64,000 nucleotides of DNA from a bacterium. GTDB lineage: Bacteria > Sysuimicrobiota > Sysuimicrobiia > Sysuimicrobiales > Segetimicrobiaceae. A model generated the notes under the pieces. That model was not told where the DNA came from. It saw only the letters and a program-made list of their open reading frames with translations, and did not search any database. Location: contig DATGHU010000034.1 of assembly GCA_035307765.1 (NCBI GenBank), positions 127,417-191,416 on the forward strand, written 5' to 3'. Position numbers and translations under genes: made by a program. Shown here piece by piece: positions 49,452 through 59,609 of the stretch (its first letter is position 1; every line of letters begins with the position of its first letter).

Positions 49452-51730
49452 CTGGACCGCAGCCCCTTTTCCTCCAGCAGGCAGCGGAGCAGCAGCACCG
49501 CGGCGTGCTTGTCGAGCGGGGTGTTGAAGTTGCCGCACTTGGGGGACTGAATGCAGGAGGGGCACCCGGCTTCGCACGGGCAGGACCTGATCGCGTCCAA
49601 CGTCCGCCGCAGCAGCTCGTCGAGCAGTTCGAACCCTTTCTCGGCGACCCCCACCCCGCCCCGGTGCCCGTCGTAGATGAAGATGGTCACCTCCCCTGTA
49701 TCGGGATACGCCGGGTAGCTGACCCCGCCGATATCCCAGCGGTCGCACATCGCGAGCAAGGGCAGCAGACCGATCGCCGCGTGCTCGACGGCGTGGATGC
49801 CGCCGGCGAGGTCCCGCCCGGCCTCCTCCACGGCGGCGGCCAGCGCAGGGGGAATGGTGAGCCACAGTGCGGTCGTCGCCAGCTCCTCCTCGGGGAGGTC
49901 AAGCGGTGCGACGGACACCACCGCATCGCTGACGAGATGCTTGCGCCGGTACTCGACCACCCGATGGGTGACCAGAACCTCGCCAAAGTATGCGGTCGTC
50001 CCGCCGCACGCCCGGTCGGCCCGGGCCCGGGCAACGCTGAGGTCGGTGACGACGCGTGGTTCGGTGTAGGTGCCGCTGTCGTCCGCCTCGACGGTGGCTG
50101 TGCGCGTGGCCAAGTCGAGGCGTGTCACCCGGTAGGCCTCCCCCTGGTGGAGGTAGATGGCCCCCTCGTGCACCTGCTCGAACGCTCGGGCGCCGTCCAC
50201 GGTCCCGACCAACCGGCGCGTGCGGGCGTTCACGATGCGGTAGAGATCGCTGGAGGTGCTGCGGATTTCAACCGACCCCGCAGGATACCGGCGGGATCGA
50301 GGGTGCCACCGATCCCGCCGGCGCACGAGCTCCCCGGTGCCTTCGAGCGCTTCGGCGATGACCCGCATCCGCGGACCGAACACCGCCTCGTCCCCCGCCC
50401 AGAGCGCCACCTCACTGGCGGCACAACGGAGGTGCGCCGCCAGCACATAGGGGTTCTCCGGGTCAACCGTCGCGTGCTCGACCGGCCGGCCGAAGAAGTA
50501 GGCCGGCTGGCGCATCAAGTATTGGTCAAGCGCATCCTCGAGGCCGATCAGCACCGCGAGCGATTCATCCTGCCCCCGCCCCGCGCGCCCCGCCCGCTGC
50601 CAGACACTGGCCATCGTCCCCGGATACCCCACCAGCACCGCCGCGTCCAGCCCGCCGACGTCAATCCCCAACTCGAGCGCGCTCGTGCTGATCACCCCGG
50701 CCAGATCGCCGCTGAACAACCGCCGCTCGATCTCCCGCCGCTGTTCCGGAAGGTACCCGGCCCGGTACGGGCTGACGCGCGCCGCGAGGACGGGATCCTC
50801 CCGAAGGGCGTCCACGGTGTACCGGTGCACCAGCTCCGTGATCTTGCGGGCCTTGGTAAACGCGATCGTCCGCACACCGCCCTTAAGGAGGCTCGCCACG
50901 AGCCAGCTCGCTTCGATGTAAGGACTGCGGCGGCTCATCTTGGCCCGATCGATCACCGGGGGGTTCCACAGCAGGAACGACCGGGGCCCCCGCGGCGCAC
51001 CGTCCTGGTCGATGACCCGCAGCGGGCGCCCGGTGAGGCGGCGGCCAAACTCGCCGGCGTTCGCCACCGTCGCCGACGTGCAGATGATCTGTGGATCGAT
51101 CCCGCGAAGGCGGCAGACCCGGACCAACCGGCGGAGGATGTTAGCCACGTGGCTCCCGAAGACGCCGCGGTACACGTGCATGTCGTCGAGCACCACGAAC
51201 CTGAGGTGCTTGAGAAATGGCGTCCACCGAAAATGCTGCGGGAGGATCCCCACGTGGAGCATGTCGGGGTTGGTCAGGAGGATCTGCGCCTCTCCGCGCA
51301 GCCGTCGCCGCTCGGCCTGTGGGGTATCGCCGTCGTAGGATCCAACGCGGAGGCCGAGGCCGAACTCCCCCAACGCGTCCTGCTGGTCCTGCGCCAGGGC
51401 CTTCGTCGGGAAGATGAACAGCGCTCTCGCCTCCGGGGCCGTGACCAGCGCTTCGAGAACCGGCAGCATGTAGCAGAGTGACTTCCCGCTGGCGGTCCCG
51501 GTCGTGACGATGACCGACTCTCCGCCCCGCACGGCCTCGACCGCCTCCGCCTGGTGCGTGTACAGGCGGGTGATCCCTAGACGGACCAACGCCTCGGCGA
51601 GCGGCGGCGCCAGTGCTTCTCGCAGCGTCGCATACCGCGCCGATCTGGCGGGGAAGCGCTCCTCGTGGACGATCTGACCGCGGTAGCGGGGGTCTTCGCG
51701 GACCGCCCCGAGGAGGTGGACGAAGTCCAT
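49448..51730 (-). CDS. DEAD/DEAH-box helicase with C-terminal DUF1998 zinc-finger domain (YprA/MrfA family)
   Basis: Walker A TTGTASGKS, DEAD-like VLDDMH, helicase C motifs, C-terminal four-Cys cluster CPCEAGCPSCIQSPKCGNFN. Confidence 0.8.
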   Translation of the reverse strand: MDFVHLLGAVREDPRYRGQIVHEERFPARSARYATLREALAPPLAEALVRLGITRLYTHQAEAVEAVRGGESVIVTTGTASGKSLCYMLPVLEALVTAPEARALFIFPTKALAQDQQDALGEFGLGLRVGSYDGDTPQAERRRLRGEAQILLTNPDMLHVGILPQHFRWTPFLKHLRFVVLDDMHVYRGVFGSHVANILRRLVRVCRLRGIDPQIICTSATVANAGEFGRRLTGRPLRVIDQDGAPRGPRSFLLWNPPVIDRAKMSRRSPYIEASWLVASLLKGGVRTIAFTKARKITELVHRYTVDALREDPVLAARVSPYRAGYLPEQRREIERRLFSGDLAGVISTSALELGIDVGGLDAAVLVGYPGTMASVWQRAGRAGRGQDESLAVLIGLEDALDQYLMRQPAYFFGRPVEHATVDPENPYVLAAHLRCAASEVALWAGDEAVFGPRMRVIAEALEGTGELVRRRDRWHPRSRRYPAGSVEIRSTSSDLYRIVNARTRRLVGTVDGARAFEQVHEGAIYLHQGEAYRVTRLDLATRTATVEADDSGTYTEPRVVTDLSVARARADRACGGTTAYFGEVLVTHRVVEYRRKHLVSDAVVSVAPLDLPEEELATTALWLTIPPALAAAVEEAGRDLAGGIHAVEHAAIGLLPLLAMCDRWDIGGVSYPAYPDTGEVTIFIYDGHRGGVGVAEKGFELLDELLRRTLDAIRSCPCEAGCPSCIQSPKCGNFNTPLDKHAAVLLLRCLLEEKGLRSR

Positions 51731-51806
51731 GCGCAGGTAGTTCGCGGCCAACGCGATCCGGGCCTGTGAGCGGACCGGCGATCGGGGCGCACACGTCGGC
51801 GCGCCG

Positions 51807-54098
51807 TCAGGGCTTCGCGCCTCCATCGCCGATGGAGCTCTCGAGTCGCCGGGCCAGCCGTGAGTCGAGGGCATCCAACGCCCGCCGACTGAGGACGAAT
51901 GACGGGCGAACGCGACGCACCCAACGGAGGGCCGACCAGCGCCGAGCCAACGCGTGCATCACCTCGGGCCGGCCGCAGGCGCGGCTGACCGCCCGGGGAT
52001 CCACTCGGACCTCTATCAGCCTCCCTCGCACCCGGACTCCCCGGAGCGCGTCCGGCCGGTCCCGCTGGGCGTGAATGAGCACCTCAAGAAACCTGTGCAG
52101 CTCGGAGATGTCGGCCGGCGTCGGGGCATCCTCCGACGGCGGGGCCGGTGGGTCGGACCCCTGCGGGTGACCACCGACGGCGGGGGAGGAGATGTCGGCC
52201 GGCGTCGGGGCGTCCTTCGACGGCGGGGCCGGTGGGTCGGAACCCTGCGGGTGACCACCGACGGCGGGGGAACGTGGCGGCGCCGTTGGCGTTTCTGGTG
52301 CCGGCGGCGGGGAAGGCGCCGCCGAGCCGTTGGCGCGACGGATCCAGAGGTGGTGATAGACGGCGAGGTCGGGGGTGCGGGGGAGTCGATCGGGGCTTCG
52401 GCCAACATACGGAGGCCGAAGATAGAATGGAGGACACCACAGGCGTGCCGGCGGCATGCGGCCAAACCGCACAAGGACTTCGTCCGTCTCCAACGCCCCC
52501 CCGCGAAGCTCCTCGGCGCGTCCGAGGGGAACGGGAATGGCCCGCCGCTGCTCTCCGCCGCGATACCCGGCCGCTCCCCATCCCCGGCTGTGGGCGACGT
52601 CTTCCCCTGGGGCCATCCCCAGCACCTGACTGAGGCGCTCGGCATCGCCGTCTGCCAGCGATGGGAGGTACAACTTCGTCACCAGGTTGGCTTCGATGGC
52701 GGCCCACCCTGCCCGCCCGTACACGTGCTCTCCCTGGGCCGTGCTCTGCAGCGTCGCAACCACGGAGACCTGCCGACTCCGATACGTGGCCAAGTGGTCG
52801 GCCAGCCCCGGCAGCGCCCCCCACGCCGGCAACTCCTCGAGCACCAACAACACCCGCACCGCCTCGTCCGCGTCGCGCGGTCGAAGCAGATGGACGGCGA
52901 GGTCTCGGAGGAACAGTCGGCAGAGCCATCGGAGCCGTCCGAGGGCGGCCTGGGGCACCCCGACGATCAGCAACACGGGCTCGCGGCGGAGCCGGCCGAG
53001 ATCAACGTGTTCCCACGGCGCGCCTTGACCCGTGGCCGCGCAGACGGCGTCATCGCCCCACGCTTCGAGGCGGGCGGCGATCCCCTGAAGGATCCCCGCC
53101 TGGTCCTTGGGGAGCATCGCCAAGTACGCTCCCAACCGAGCCATCAGCTGCGCGGCGTGCGGATGGGCCCCGACGAAGGCGTGGATGACTCCCGGGCCGG
53201 ATTCGCACAGCGATCGCACCCGGCCAAGCGTGGGCGGCCCGCCGTCGACCGTGACCGCATGGCAGAGAGCGGCGCAGACGTGCCGCTCCGCCCCCATCCA
53301 GTAGACCATGCCGGGGTCCGAAGACTCGAGATCGTCGAAGAGCTGTGATGCGATCCGCTGACCATCGCCGATCGAGCGGCACCCTACGAGAGGGTTCCAT
53401 CGCAGGGTGGCCGTGTCGAGAGGAGCAAACACCAGCACGTCGCGGGCCCACCTCTGCCACTCCTGAGCCGCCCCGACGAGGCTGTCGCCCTCTCCGTACT
53501 TGAGATCCAAGGCCACCACAGACACTCCGTGCCGGGCGGCCTCGAGCACGATCGGCAAGACCACCGCGGTGGTCTTGTGGGAGCCGGTCAATCCAACCGT
53601 CAGCACATGGCGAGCGAGGTCCTCCGTCGGCAACCGCACCAGGGGCCCCGACAAGAGATGACGGATCCCCGTGCGCGCCGAGCGCCGCGCCCACGCCCTG
53701 AGGAATCGCGGGAACGGCGCGTATCCGAGGGGGAGCCAGGCCTCACCGGATTGGCATGCCAGACGCCAGATTTCGACCAGCGATGCATATCGTGCGCACC
53801 CCGCGGAGGAACGAAGGCCCGCCGCCCGCGCGCGCCACATCCGCCCCAATACTTCCAGCCCCACCCCGACCAGGCTCGTCACCGACAGGAAGCTTGCGTG
53901 CGTGCGCAGGGTGCGGCGGAACACCCAAGACACTCCCCGGCGGCACTCGGAGGAGAACGCGCAGGCCCGCAGCCAGCGCGCGAAGCCTTCCGGAGCCGAG
54001 GAGGCCTCGGCGGGGAGCACTCTTCGAATCGTCTCGACGCTCTCCCGAGCGATCGCAAGCAACGCCGCGGCGACGATCGCGATCCCCAGGAGTTGCAT
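51807..54098 (-). CDS. type IV secretion coupling protein (VirD4/TraG/TraD family)
   Basis: N-terminal TM (MQLLGIAIVAAALLAIA), Walker A LTVGLTGSHKTT, TraD/TraG-type ATPase core; Pro-rich C-terminus containing a tandem 28-aa repeat. Confidence 0.75.
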   Translation of the reverse strand: MQLLGIAIVAAALLAIARESVETIRRVLPAEASSAPEGFARWLRACAFSSECRRGVSWVFRRTLRTHASFLSVTSLVGVGLEVLGRMWRARAAGLRSSAGCARYASLVEIWRLACQSGEAWLPLGYAPFPRFLRAWARRSARTGIRHLLSGPLVRLPTEDLARHVLTVGLTGSHKTTAVVLPIVLEAARHGVSVVALDLKYGEGDSLVGAAQEWQRWARDVLVFAPLDTATLRWNPLVGCRSIGDGQRIASQLFDDLESSDPGMVYWMGAERHVCAALCHAVTVDGGPPTLGRVRSLCESGPGVIHAFVGAHPHAAQLMARLGAYLAMLPKDQAGILQGIAARLEAWGDDAVCAATGQGAPWEHVDLGRLRREPVLLIVGVPQAALGRLRWLCRLFLRDLAVHLLRPRDADEAVRVLLVLEELPAWGALPGLADHLATYRSRQVSVVATLQSTAQGEHVYGRAGWAAIEANLVTKLYLPSLADGDAERLSQVLGMAPGEDVAHSRGWGAAGYRGGEQRRAIPVPLGRAEELRGGALETDEVLVRFGRMPPARLWCPPFYLRPPYVGRSPDRLPRTPDLAVYHHLWIRRANGSAAPSPPPAPETPTAPPRSPAVGGHPQGSDPPAPPSKDAPTPADISSPAVGGHPQGSDPPAPPSEDAPTPADISELHRFLEVLIHAQRDRPDALRGVRVRGRLIEVRVDPRAVSRACGRPEVMHALARRWSALRWVRRVRPSFVLSRRALDALDSRLARRLESSIGDGGAKP
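52094..52261 (-). repeat. 2 x 84-bp near-perfect tandem repeat inside the coupling-protein gene
   Basis: Copies 52094-52177 and 52178-52261 differ at about 5 positions; encode SPAVGGHPQGSDPPAPPS(K/E)DAPTPADIS twice. Confidence 0.8.
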
Positions 54099-54138
54099 CG
54101 CGGCCCCCACCTCGCAAAGCTTGGAACGCATCCGCCGC

Positions 54139-54681
54139 TCACCGCACAAACGGGATCGCGTATCCTTCCGGGATGGTGCGAAAGGTCACCGCACAGCGAA
54201 CCCCCTCCCAGCTCACGAACAGGAACACGGCATAGCCCAAACGCTCGTACGTCGCGAGATCGCTGATCCACGGCGACACGGCTTTCAGGGCTTCTACCCC
54301 AGGGTCGCCGGGGGTCCGAAGGGCGGCGGCGATCCTGGCGATGGCCCGGCCTCCCTCCGCGGGGTGCGGCCTCGTGATCAGGGCTTGGGCCACCCGAGCC
54401 GCGAGCGGACCCGCGGCGGCGGGTCCCGTCACGAGCATCATCACCGCCCCCACGCCGGGGCACCCTCCCCAGAAATATGGGACGAACGGGTACACGTCGA
54501 CATCCGAGGGCGCCGTCGGCCATCCGCGCACCACTTCCACCCGACCCGCCGCGGAATCGACAAAGGAGAGCACGGCCGCGGTCGTCCCCGCCGGGAGGGG
54601 CTGCGCCCCCGCCCAGGGGCTCGCCAGGGGCGCGAGGACCCCGATCACCGCAACGACCACACGACGCAGGCCGGCCGGCAT
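54139..54681 (-). CDS. hypothetical secreted protein (T4SS-associated)
   Basis: Internal start MPAGLRRVVVAVIGVLAPLASPWAGAQP (signal peptide) at 54681, sharing one nucleotide with the stop of the upstream membrane-protein gene; 180 aa; the longer 515-aa ORF upstream of this start is Arg/Gly-rich and judged non-coding. Confidence 0.45.
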   Translation of the reverse strand: MPAGLRRVVVAVIGVLAPLASPWAGAQPLPAGTTAAVLSFVDSAAGRVEVVRGWPTAPSDVDVYPFVPYFWGGCPGVGAVMMLVTGPAAAGPLAARVAQALITRPHPAEGGRAIARIAAALRTPGDPGVEALKAVSPWISDLATYERLGYAVFLFVSWEGVRCAVTFRTIPEGYAIPFVR

Positions 54682-55736
54682 CACCGGACGAATCGGCCCC
54701 CGGGCTGAATCACCGTGGCTCCCTGAGCGCTCCCGCTCGGAGGACCCCACGGCCCCGTTCCTCCCGCCGGGGGGCCGATGGTTGCGGTGTCGGGGATCTG
54801 TCGATCCGCGGCCTGATGCGACACCCAGCCGGCGAGTTGTCCCTGCAGGCGCATGGGGCCGGCGAAGAGGCCTTCGCCAAATGCCACGCCCTCCACGAAC
54901 TGCCCGGTCAACCGCTCGGCACGCAGCATCGCGTACACGCCGATGCCGGTCCCCACGAGCATCAGCGCAAGCAGCCACACCAGGTTCAAGAGCGCAATCC
55001 CCAGGGTGGAGGGATCCCCTCGGGAGCTCCCTCCCGTCTGGCCGAACCCATTGGAGAGTCCGGCCGACAGCTGGTGGATCGGGACGATCACCGCCAGGTA
55101 AATCGCGGCCGCGTGGATGACCCTGACGCTGAACACCACCAGCCCCGTCTTCACGACGACCACCGCCCACCGCGCCGTCCATCGGGCCGTCGCCGGCGCC
55201 GCGAGCAGCGCGAAGGCCAGCGGGGCCAGAAAGATCGCCAGGAGCAGGGTGAGGTGGGCAAAGAACAGGATGGCCAAGTACACCATGAAGCCAACCGCGA
55301 ATAGGAGCACCCCGAGCAGGACGCCCGCCAGCAGCACGGTCAGGGCCCATGGATACGTGAACCAAGGCCCCAAGGTCTGAAAGAGCGTGGCGGCCTGCGG
55401 CGACAGCCAGTCCTGCACGAATTGATTCCAGTGCTGGCTGATCAGCCCGGAAAGCACGGCCGTTCCGGCATCTCGAAACGTGGTGAAGGTGAGCAGGATG
55501 AGCTGATTGATCGACCCCACGCCACTCAATAGCCCGCCGGCAACGATCAAACGACTGAACGCTCCGACCACATCGGGGGGCCGGTCCGGACGCAGCGAAA
55601 CAGCGATGTGGGACAACCACAGGCACGTCAGGACCGCCCAGGAAAGTCGCAACATCGACTGGGTGGCCCCCGTCGACACGAGCCACTGTTCCAACGCCGT
55701 GAAGATCTCCGCGATCCCTCGCTCAAACCCGCTCAC
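54681..55736 (-). CDS. polytopic membrane protein, VirB6/TrbL-like candidate
   Basis: 351 aa with at least 6 hydrophobic helices, located between VirB4 and VirD4 genes. Confidence 0.5.
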   Translation of the reverse strand: MSGFERGIAEIFTALEQWLVSTGATQSMLRLSWAVLTCLWLSHIAVSLRPDRPPDVVGAFSRLIVAGGLLSGVGSINQLILLTFTTFRDAGTAVLSGLISQHWNQFVQDWLSPQAATLFQTLGPWFTYPWALTVLLAGVLLGVLLFAVGFMVYLAILFFAHLTLLLAIFLAPLAFALLAAPATARWTARWAVVVVKTGLVVFSVRVIHAAAIYLAVIVPIHQLSAGLSNGFGQTGGSSRGDPSTLGIALLNLVWLLALMLVGTGIGVYAMLRAERLTGQFVEGVAFGEGLFAGPMRLQGQLAGWVSHQAADRQIPDTATIGPPAGGTGPWGPPSGSAQGATVIQPGGRFVR

Positions 55737-55759
55737 GATCGGTGTCGCCGTCTCCTCCC

Positions 55760-56812
55760 TTAGTACAGCGGCCGGAGCTCGATGTCGGCGGGTTGGGTGG
55801 CGCCGGCGCCCGCCAGGACCTCGCCGAGCACCTGTGATGCCGTCGAGACCGCATCGGCCAAACCCAGCTGCGCGTCCAGCGCGCGCCGATCTTGCTCTGC
55901 CTGCCGAAGGGTCAGCGCTCCCGTCGTGGCCGCGAGCGCGCCGACCTGCTGACTCACCTCCGCGGCCTGCGCTACGAGAACGGTCAACCGATCCGCCGTG
56001 GCAGTCCCGAGGTCCGCCTGCTGCCGTAGGCTGGCTCCGGCCCCTGCGACCAGGAGCTCGATGCCTGCCCGAGCGCTGGGCAAGTCGTGCGCGCTCGATG
56101 CGAGCGCATCCCCCGTCTCGCGAGCCTGCACGGCCGCCGCCTGGGGGCGCAGGTCTCGGGCGACCTCCGCCGCCGCCGCCGCGGCCGTCTCGGAGGCGGC
56201 CGCCTGCTGGACGACCCCGCCGGCGACCACCTGATCGGTCTCGGCGATGCCGACGGCCTCCCGGGCCACCGCAGGATTACTCCCCACGTACGCGTGGTGC
56301 CGCTCATCGACGCTCCCCGGAACGACCGCCGGCTGGAGCTTCGCCCGAACAACCTGCAGCGCGCCCCCGAGCGCAGCGGGCAGGGCCGCGATTTCCCTGG
56401 CCAGGTCCGTGAGATCCGTCCCGTCCGGTAGCTGACCCGGAAACTCCTGGATCAGCCGCGCCAGCATCTCCGAGGAGGTCTGTCGAAACAATTGGCTCCA
56501 CTCCGCCAACCGGTCCAGGGATTGCCGAAACAGATCGATGACCTGGGAGAGATCCTCCGCTCCGCCAACTTGCGCCACCGACGCAGGAGCCGCAGCCCAG
56601 CCTAAGGTGAGAAAAATCCGGGCGTGCGGATCGACAGCGGCCTCCCCCACCGCCGCTTGGGCGACCGGAGGTGAGGCGCTCCGGCTGTGGAAGATGCGGG
56701 GCCGTTGGCCGGGGGCGGCGATCTGCGCCAGCAGCGGAGCGGGATCGTGAACAATCAGCAGACTCACCACAAGCAGAAACCCGGTCGCCCGGGGCATCGA
56801 CCGTGAAGTCAT
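55760..56812 (-). CDS. hypothetical secreted Ala/Gln-rich coiled-coil protein (T4SS-associated)
   Basis: Signal peptide (FLLVVSLLIVHDPAPLLAQIA), low-complexity Ala-rich helical sequence; 4-nt overlap with the VirB4 gene. Confidence 0.45.
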   Translation of the reverse strand: MTSRSMPRATGFLLVVSLLIVHDPAPLLAQIAAPGQRPRIFHSRSASPPVAQAAVGEAAVDPHARIFLTLGWAAAPASVAQVGGAEDLSQVIDLFRQSLDRLAEWSQLFRQTSSEMLARLIQEFPGQLPDGTDLTDLAREIAALPAALGGALQVVRAKLQPAVVPGSVDERHHAYVGSNPAVAREAVGIAETDQVVAGGVVQQAAASETAAAAAAEVARDLRPQAAAVQARETGDALASSAHDLPSARAGIELLVAGAGASLRQQADLGTATADRLTVLVAQAAEVSQQVGALAATTGALTLRQAEQDRRALDAQLGLADAVSTASQVLGEVLAGAGATQPADIELRPLY

Positions 56813-59277
56813 TGTTCCCTCCTCGATTCGGCGAGGTGCTGAACGGCCTTCCAGGTGCCCAGGCGAGCGGCGAGCTGATCCCGTTCGAGGCGTTCCTCCG
56901 CGGTCGTGGTGGCGATCACGTAGTCTTCCGGAATATCACGAATGACGACGATGCCGCCCTCGCGCCCCTCGAGCAGGTCCGTGATGACGAGCGCTTCGCT
57001 GAACACCCCGCGACGCTGCGCCAAACTCTTCCACAACATCCGATACTGGTCGTTGAGTTGGAACAGGGGGGCGACGCGGTCCACGTCTTCGGCGCGGGTC
57101 AGGACCTTGATCGGGGCGTTTTCAAGTATCCCGCGGGCGTATTCGTTCTCGAAGTCCTGAACCCGCTGGCTGATCGCCATGATCCCGGCGCCGAATTTGC
57201 GAAACCGGCGGAACATGCCCACCAGCGAATCCGCCGCGACCCGGTTCAACAGGGTGGCCCAGGTCTCGTCGCTGACCACGTATTTGAGGCGACCTTCTTC
57301 ACCCCGCACCCTCCGGTAGATCAGATGGTTGGCGAGCAGGGCGGCGATCGGCACGAGATCGGGGTAGTGTTCGTTCAACCCCTCGGTATCGAGACACACA
57401 ATCCCACCGCTGAGATCGACCGTGGACGGGCGGTCAAGCAAACCCGCATAGAGTCCCTGATCCACCCAGAGCTCGAGGCGACGGGCGATTCCCCGGGCGC
57501 TGCTCCATTCCTCGGGTCCCCCCTCGTGCGTGCCGACCTGCTCGAACGTCCGGAGGGTCCGGACCAAATCGTGCAGGAACACCGGGTCACCCGCCCCCCG
57601 GGCGTAGGTTTGTCGAATCGCCGACTCGAGGATCGCCATCTCCTGGCGGTCCAAGCTCTTCTCCGGTTCGGCCACCATCATCGCCACGAGGCTCTTCAGC
57701 AGACCGAGCTGGGTGTGATCGGGCTCCACCTCCCCAGGCAGGAGGTCAAAAGGGTTTACGGAGATGCCGGAGCCGGGATCCAGGTGGACATACTGCCCGC
57801 CGTAGACGTCGCAGAATGTCTTGTACGCCCCGCCCTTGTCGACGATCAAGACGACCGGATTGCGCGCGAGCAAGTGCGACAACCAGGCGATCGCGAAGTG
57901 CGTCTTCCCTCCCCCGGACTCCCCAACCACCACGGCGTTCCAGGACGGGAGCCGCGGGTCAAAGGGGTCGATCGCCACCAGGCTCCCCCGGCGCGTCAGG
58001 AATGGACAGACGACACGTCTGGCGCCTCGCCAGGGGGCGTGGCACGGCACGAAATCGGCCGCGTTGCTGGTCAACATCCGCATCAGCCGTTCGTTGGGGA
58101 GACCGCTGAACGGCGCGAGCTGCACGAATTGCCGCCGCAGCGCCACCGACTCGATGCGGGCGTCAACTCCAGGAATCTGCTGAAACGCGTCCACGGCGCG
58201 GCGCGCAGCCGCGCGAACGGCCTCCGGACTCCTCTCTTGAAGGATCACCGCTGCCCCGACGCGGACAACGCGCTCGCTGGTTAGTTGAAGGACATCCAGG
58301 GCATCGGCAACCTGTCGCTCCACCGCGCGGGCGTTGGAATCGCCGCCATCCTGGGCGAGCACGGCCTGCCGGCTCAAGCGGCTCTTCAGTTCGAGTCGCT
58401 TGATCTGGTCCGAGCGCGGGTCGTTCCACGCCTCGATCACCAGCCAGTAGGTTCCGGGCAGCGTTTGAAGCGGCCCCAGCACGTTCGGCGTCGTCGGCTT
58501 GTCGGGAAGGGTATCCATCGCCACGACGGCATGCGCGTGCCCATCCAGCCAGAGGAAATCCCACCGGCGAAAGAGATCGGACCGGGCCACGGCCGTGCGC
58601 ACCGACGGACGGCTGAGAAACGGCCAGGCCGCCAGCAGGCGCCGCGGGAGCTCACCGCCCTGATTCTCCATGGGGACGGGGGGGGGCGGGCAGTAGCGCT
58701 TACGATCGGGGTTGAAGAACCGCCAGGCGGTCGCCAGCAGGTCCCCATCGTCAAGCGGGCGCGCCCGGAACCCGCACCGTTCGCAGTGTCCGACCATCAG
58801 ATCGCGGAGGATCTCCATTTCTCGCAGGTGACGCCTGTAGGTGGCGGCGTCCACCGGGGCCCACCACCGTGTCCGCCCGTGCCTTGGATGGTAGGAGAGA
58901 TCAAACACCAAGCGTGAGTTCACCAAGCGACCCGCGGCGTGGGCCTCGCTCCAGGCGGAAACGCGCCGGCGGTGGAGTTCCCGAACAATGGCATGACTGC
59001 TCAGGCACTGCTCGGCATACGTGCGCAGCAGTTCGGCACAGTCGGTGTGGATTTCCAGGAGGATCCGCAGGCATTCGCCATCGGGAACCGCCGACCCGAT
59101 GAGGGTCCGGAGCCGCTCGTTGCACAGCGTGAGCTGCGGCGCATCCCAGACCTCAGTCCCCGGAAGGTCCACCTCGAATCCCAACCGGTAGCTTCCATCG
59201 CGCAGGACGACCGCGCGGTCGCGGATTGTCCAGTAGGGCAGCGCTCGGGTCAGATCTCCCCAGGACTCCATCGGCAT
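56809..59277 (-). CDS. type IV secretion ATPase VirB4/TrbE/TraC family
   Basis: 822 aa; Walker A VVGESGGGKT, Walker B region LKYVVSDETW, VirB4-like N-terminal domain. Confidence 0.85.
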   Translation of the reverse strand: MPMESWGDLTRALPYWTIRDRAVVLRDGSYRLGFEVDLPGTEVWDAPQLTLCNERLRTLIGSAVPDGECLRILLEIHTDCAELLRTYAEQCLSSHAIVRELHRRRVSAWSEAHAAGRLVNSRLVFDLSYHPRHGRTRWWAPVDAATYRRHLREMEILRDLMVGHCERCGFRARPLDDGDLLATAWRFFNPDRKRYCPPPPVPMENQGGELPRRLLAAWPFLSRPSVRTAVARSDLFRRWDFLWLDGHAHAVVAMDTLPDKPTTPNVLGPLQTLPGTYWLVIEAWNDPRSDQIKRLELKSRLSRQAVLAQDGGDSNARAVERQVADALDVLQLTSERVVRVGAAVILQERSPEAVRAAARRAVDAFQQIPGVDARIESVALRRQFVQLAPFSGLPNERLMRMLTSNAADFVPCHAPWRGARRVVCPFLTRRGSLVAIDPFDPRLPSWNAVVVGESGGGKTHFAIAWLSHLLARNPVVLIVDKGGAYKTFCDVYGGQYVHLDPGSGISVNPFDLLPGEVEPDHTQLGLLKSLVAMMVAEPEKSLDRQEMAILESAIRQTYARGAGDPVFLHDLVRTLRTFEQVGTHEGGPEEWSSARGIARRLELWVDQGLYAGLLDRPSTVDLSGGIVCLDTEGLNEHYPDLVPIAALLANHLIYRRVRGEEGRLKYVVSDETWATLLNRVAADSLVGMFRRFRKFGAGIMAISQRVQDFENEYARGILENAPIKVLTRAEDVDRVAPLFQLNDQYRMLWKSLAQRRGVFSEALVITDLLEGREGGIVVIRDIPEDYVIATTTAEERLERDQLAARLGTWKAVQHLAESRREQ

Positions 59278-59283
59278 CGCCCT

Positions 59284-59604
59284 TCAGGCCACGTAGGGGT
59301 TGGCGTCCGTATCGGCGGTCAGGACGTACACGTCGGGTTCCCCAAGGTAGTCGAGGAGGTGTCGAACGAAGTGGCGCGGGGTCCGCTCCCGCACCCTCCG
59401 CCAGAGCAGGAAAACGGCACCTGTGGCGAGGGCCGAGGCGCCGGCCTCGGCCCGAGGGATCCGCAGGATTTGTCCAACGACCAGATCGCTCACCCGAGAC
59501 AGGACGACGAAGGACACCCCGAGGCCGAACCAATCTTCGAGTTCCACCCCAAGCACCGTCACCGCCGCGTCGAGTTTCCGAAAGACCGGATGCTGCGGGA
59601 GCAT
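59284..59604 (-). CDS. VirB3/TrbD-like small membrane protein
   Basis: Start MLPQHPVFRKLD at 59604 inside the longer ORF; 106 aa with two hydrophobic helices; immediately upstream of VirB4. Confidence 0.45.
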   Translation of the reverse strand: MLPQHPVFRKLDAAVTVLGVELEDWFGLGVSFVVLSRVSDLVVGQILRIPRAEAGASALATGAVFLLWRRVRERTPRHFVRHLLDYLGEPDVYVLTADTDANPYVA

Positions 59605-59609
59605 CGGCG

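Noticed and set aside
49235-51481. 748-aa plus-strand ORF antisense to the helicase gene
   Set aside because: Helicase motifs are on the minus strand; this frame is Arg/Pro-rich.
49448-51730. Helicase with DUF1998 next to a mobile element, considered as a DISARM-like (DrmA/DrmB) defence component
   Set aside because: It is a single fused YprA/MrfA-type helicase with no adjacent DrmC/PLD, methyltransferase or DrmD-like partner; this family is a common housekeeping repair helicase in firmicute-like genomes.
51954-53348. 464-aa plus-strand ORF antisense to the coupling-protein gene
   Set aside because: Antisense low-complexity frame; the coupling-protein Walker motifs are on the minus strand.
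54139-55686. 515-aa minus-strand ORF overlapping the VirB6-like membrane gene in another frame
   Set aside because: Its first ~330 codons are Arg/Gly-rich and overlap a clearly hydrophobic membrane protein in the alternative frame; only the last 180 codons (signal peptide onward) look coding and are annotated separately.
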